DNA of 64,000 bases from assembly GCA_009914755.4 (NCBI GenBank), contig CP086569.2, forward strand, positions 4,256,001 to 4,320,000, written 5' to 3'. Under the pieces are notes generated by a model, which worked only from the letters and a program-made list of their open reading frames with translations, had not been told where the DNA came from and did not search any database. Below are positions 62,675 to 64,000 of this stretch, piece by piece. A program made the translations under genes and the position numbers. The DNA comes from the human T2T-CHM13v2.0 reference genome, Homo sapiens. Each line of letters starts with the position of its first letter. Positions within the stretch are counted from its first letter, which is position 1.

Positions 62675-64000
62675 TGATATAGTTTGGCTGTGTCCCCATA
62701 CAAATCTCATTTTGAATTTTAGCTCCCATAAATAATCCCCACAAGTTGTGGGAGGAACCCAGTGGGAGGTAATTGAATTACGGGGTTCGGTTTTTTTCCA
62801 TGCTTTTCTCATGATAATGAATAAGTCTCAGCAGATCTGATGGTTTTATAAGGGCAGTTCCCCTGCACACGCTCTTGCCTGCATCCATGTAAGACATGCC
62901 TTTTCTCCTCCTTTGCTTTTTGTGATGATTGTGAGACCTTCCCAGCCATGTGAAACTGTGAGTCCATTGAGCCTTTTGTTCTTTATAAATCGCCCTGTCT
63001 CAGGTATTTCTTCATAACAGTATAGAAATGGACTAATAGAGTACTTGGTACTGGTAGAGTGGGGTAGTGTTATAAGGATACCCGAAAACGTGGAAGCAAC
63101 TTTGGAACTGGGTAACAGGCAGCAGTGGAAAGAGTTTGGAGGGCTCAGAAGAAGACAGGAAAATGTGGATAAGTTTGGAACCCCCTAGAGACTCTGAGGG
63201 ATCAGAAGACAGGAAGATGTGGGAAAATTTGGATCTTCCTAGAGAAGTGTTGAATGGCTTTGACCAAAATGCTAATAGTGATATGGACAATAAAGTCCAG
63301 GCTGAGGTGGGCTCAGATGGAGATGAGGAATTTATTGGGAACTGGAGCAAAGGTTACTCTTGCTATAAAAATAGACTGGTGGCATTTTGCCTCAGCCCTA
63401 GAGACCTGTGGAATTTTGAACTTGAGAGAGATAATTTAGGGTATCTGGGAGAATAAATTTCTAAGCAGCAAAATGTTCAAGAGGAAGCATAGCATCAAAG
63501 TTTGAGAAATTTGTAGCCTGACAATGCAGTAGAAAAGAAAAACCCATTTCCTGGAGAGAAATTCAAAATGGCAGAAGAAATTTGCGTAAGTAATGAGAAG
63601 CCAAATGCTAATTGCCAAGGCAATAGGAAAAATCTCTTCAGGGCCTGTTAGAGACCTTCGTGGCAGCCCCTCTCATTACAGACCCAAGGGCCTAGGAGGA
63701 AGAAGTGGTTTGCTGGGCTGGATCCAGGGCCCCACTGCTGTTAGCAGCCTCAGGACTTAATGCCCTGCATCCCAGATGCTCCAGCCATGGCTAAATGGGG
63801 CCAAGGTACAGCTTAGGCTGTGGCTTCAGAAGGTGAAAGACCCACACCTGGGCAGCTTCAACATGGTGTTGAGCCTGCAGGTGCACAGAAGTCAATTAAT
63901 TGAGGTTTGGGAACCTCCACCTAGATTTCAGAGGATGTATGCAAAGGCCTGGATATCCAGGCAGAAATTTGCTGCAAAGGTGGAACCCTCATGGAGAACC
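62675..64000 (+). mobile_element. ERVL-MaLR element (THE1/MST type): 5' LTR at 62675-63039 and internal region from 63040 to the window end (truncated by the window)
   Basis: The LTR matches the THE1 consensus end to end: tgatatagtttggctgtgtccccatacaaatctcattttgaattttagctcccataaataatccccacaagttgtgggagg ... tataagggcagttcccctgcacacgctcttgcctgc ... ccagccatgtgaaactgtgagtccattgagcc ... ggactaata. The internal gag-like ORF at 63136-63456 is homologous to 14327-14554. Confidence 0.8.

Overview
This window reads as primate (human or a close hominoid) nuclear DNA from an AT-rich, gene-poor region. It is not prokaryotic, so CRISPR arrays, operons and bacterial CDS do not apply. By my reading at least two thirds of it is interspersed repeats.

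The main classes are:
- At least ten LINE-1 copies or fragments on both strands. Several are near full length and carry long GC-rich 5'UTRs of an old type.
- Six full-length Alu elements, all on the minus strand, plus three Alu fragments.
- Two ERVL-MaLR elements of THE1/MST type that still have their internal regions, one complete with both LTRs.
- One solo HERV-K (HML-2) LTR5-type LTR.
- Several other solitary MaLR/MLT-type LTRs, MIR fragments and microsatellites.

The elements are heavily nested. Alus, LTRs and a complete MaLR provirus sit inside L1s, and a further LTR sits inside a MaLR LTR.

I found no convincing cellular protein-coding exon. Every long ORF in the six-frame track maps to an L1 ORF1/ORF2 remnant, a MaLR gag-like remnant, an Alu, or a GC-rich L1 5'UTR. 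I see no evidence of a novel biological system. The findings below are structural observations.

Family names rest on consensus motifs I recognise by eye. Coordinates are approximate, within about 20 bp unless stated. All of this should be confirmed with RepeatMasker/Dfam.
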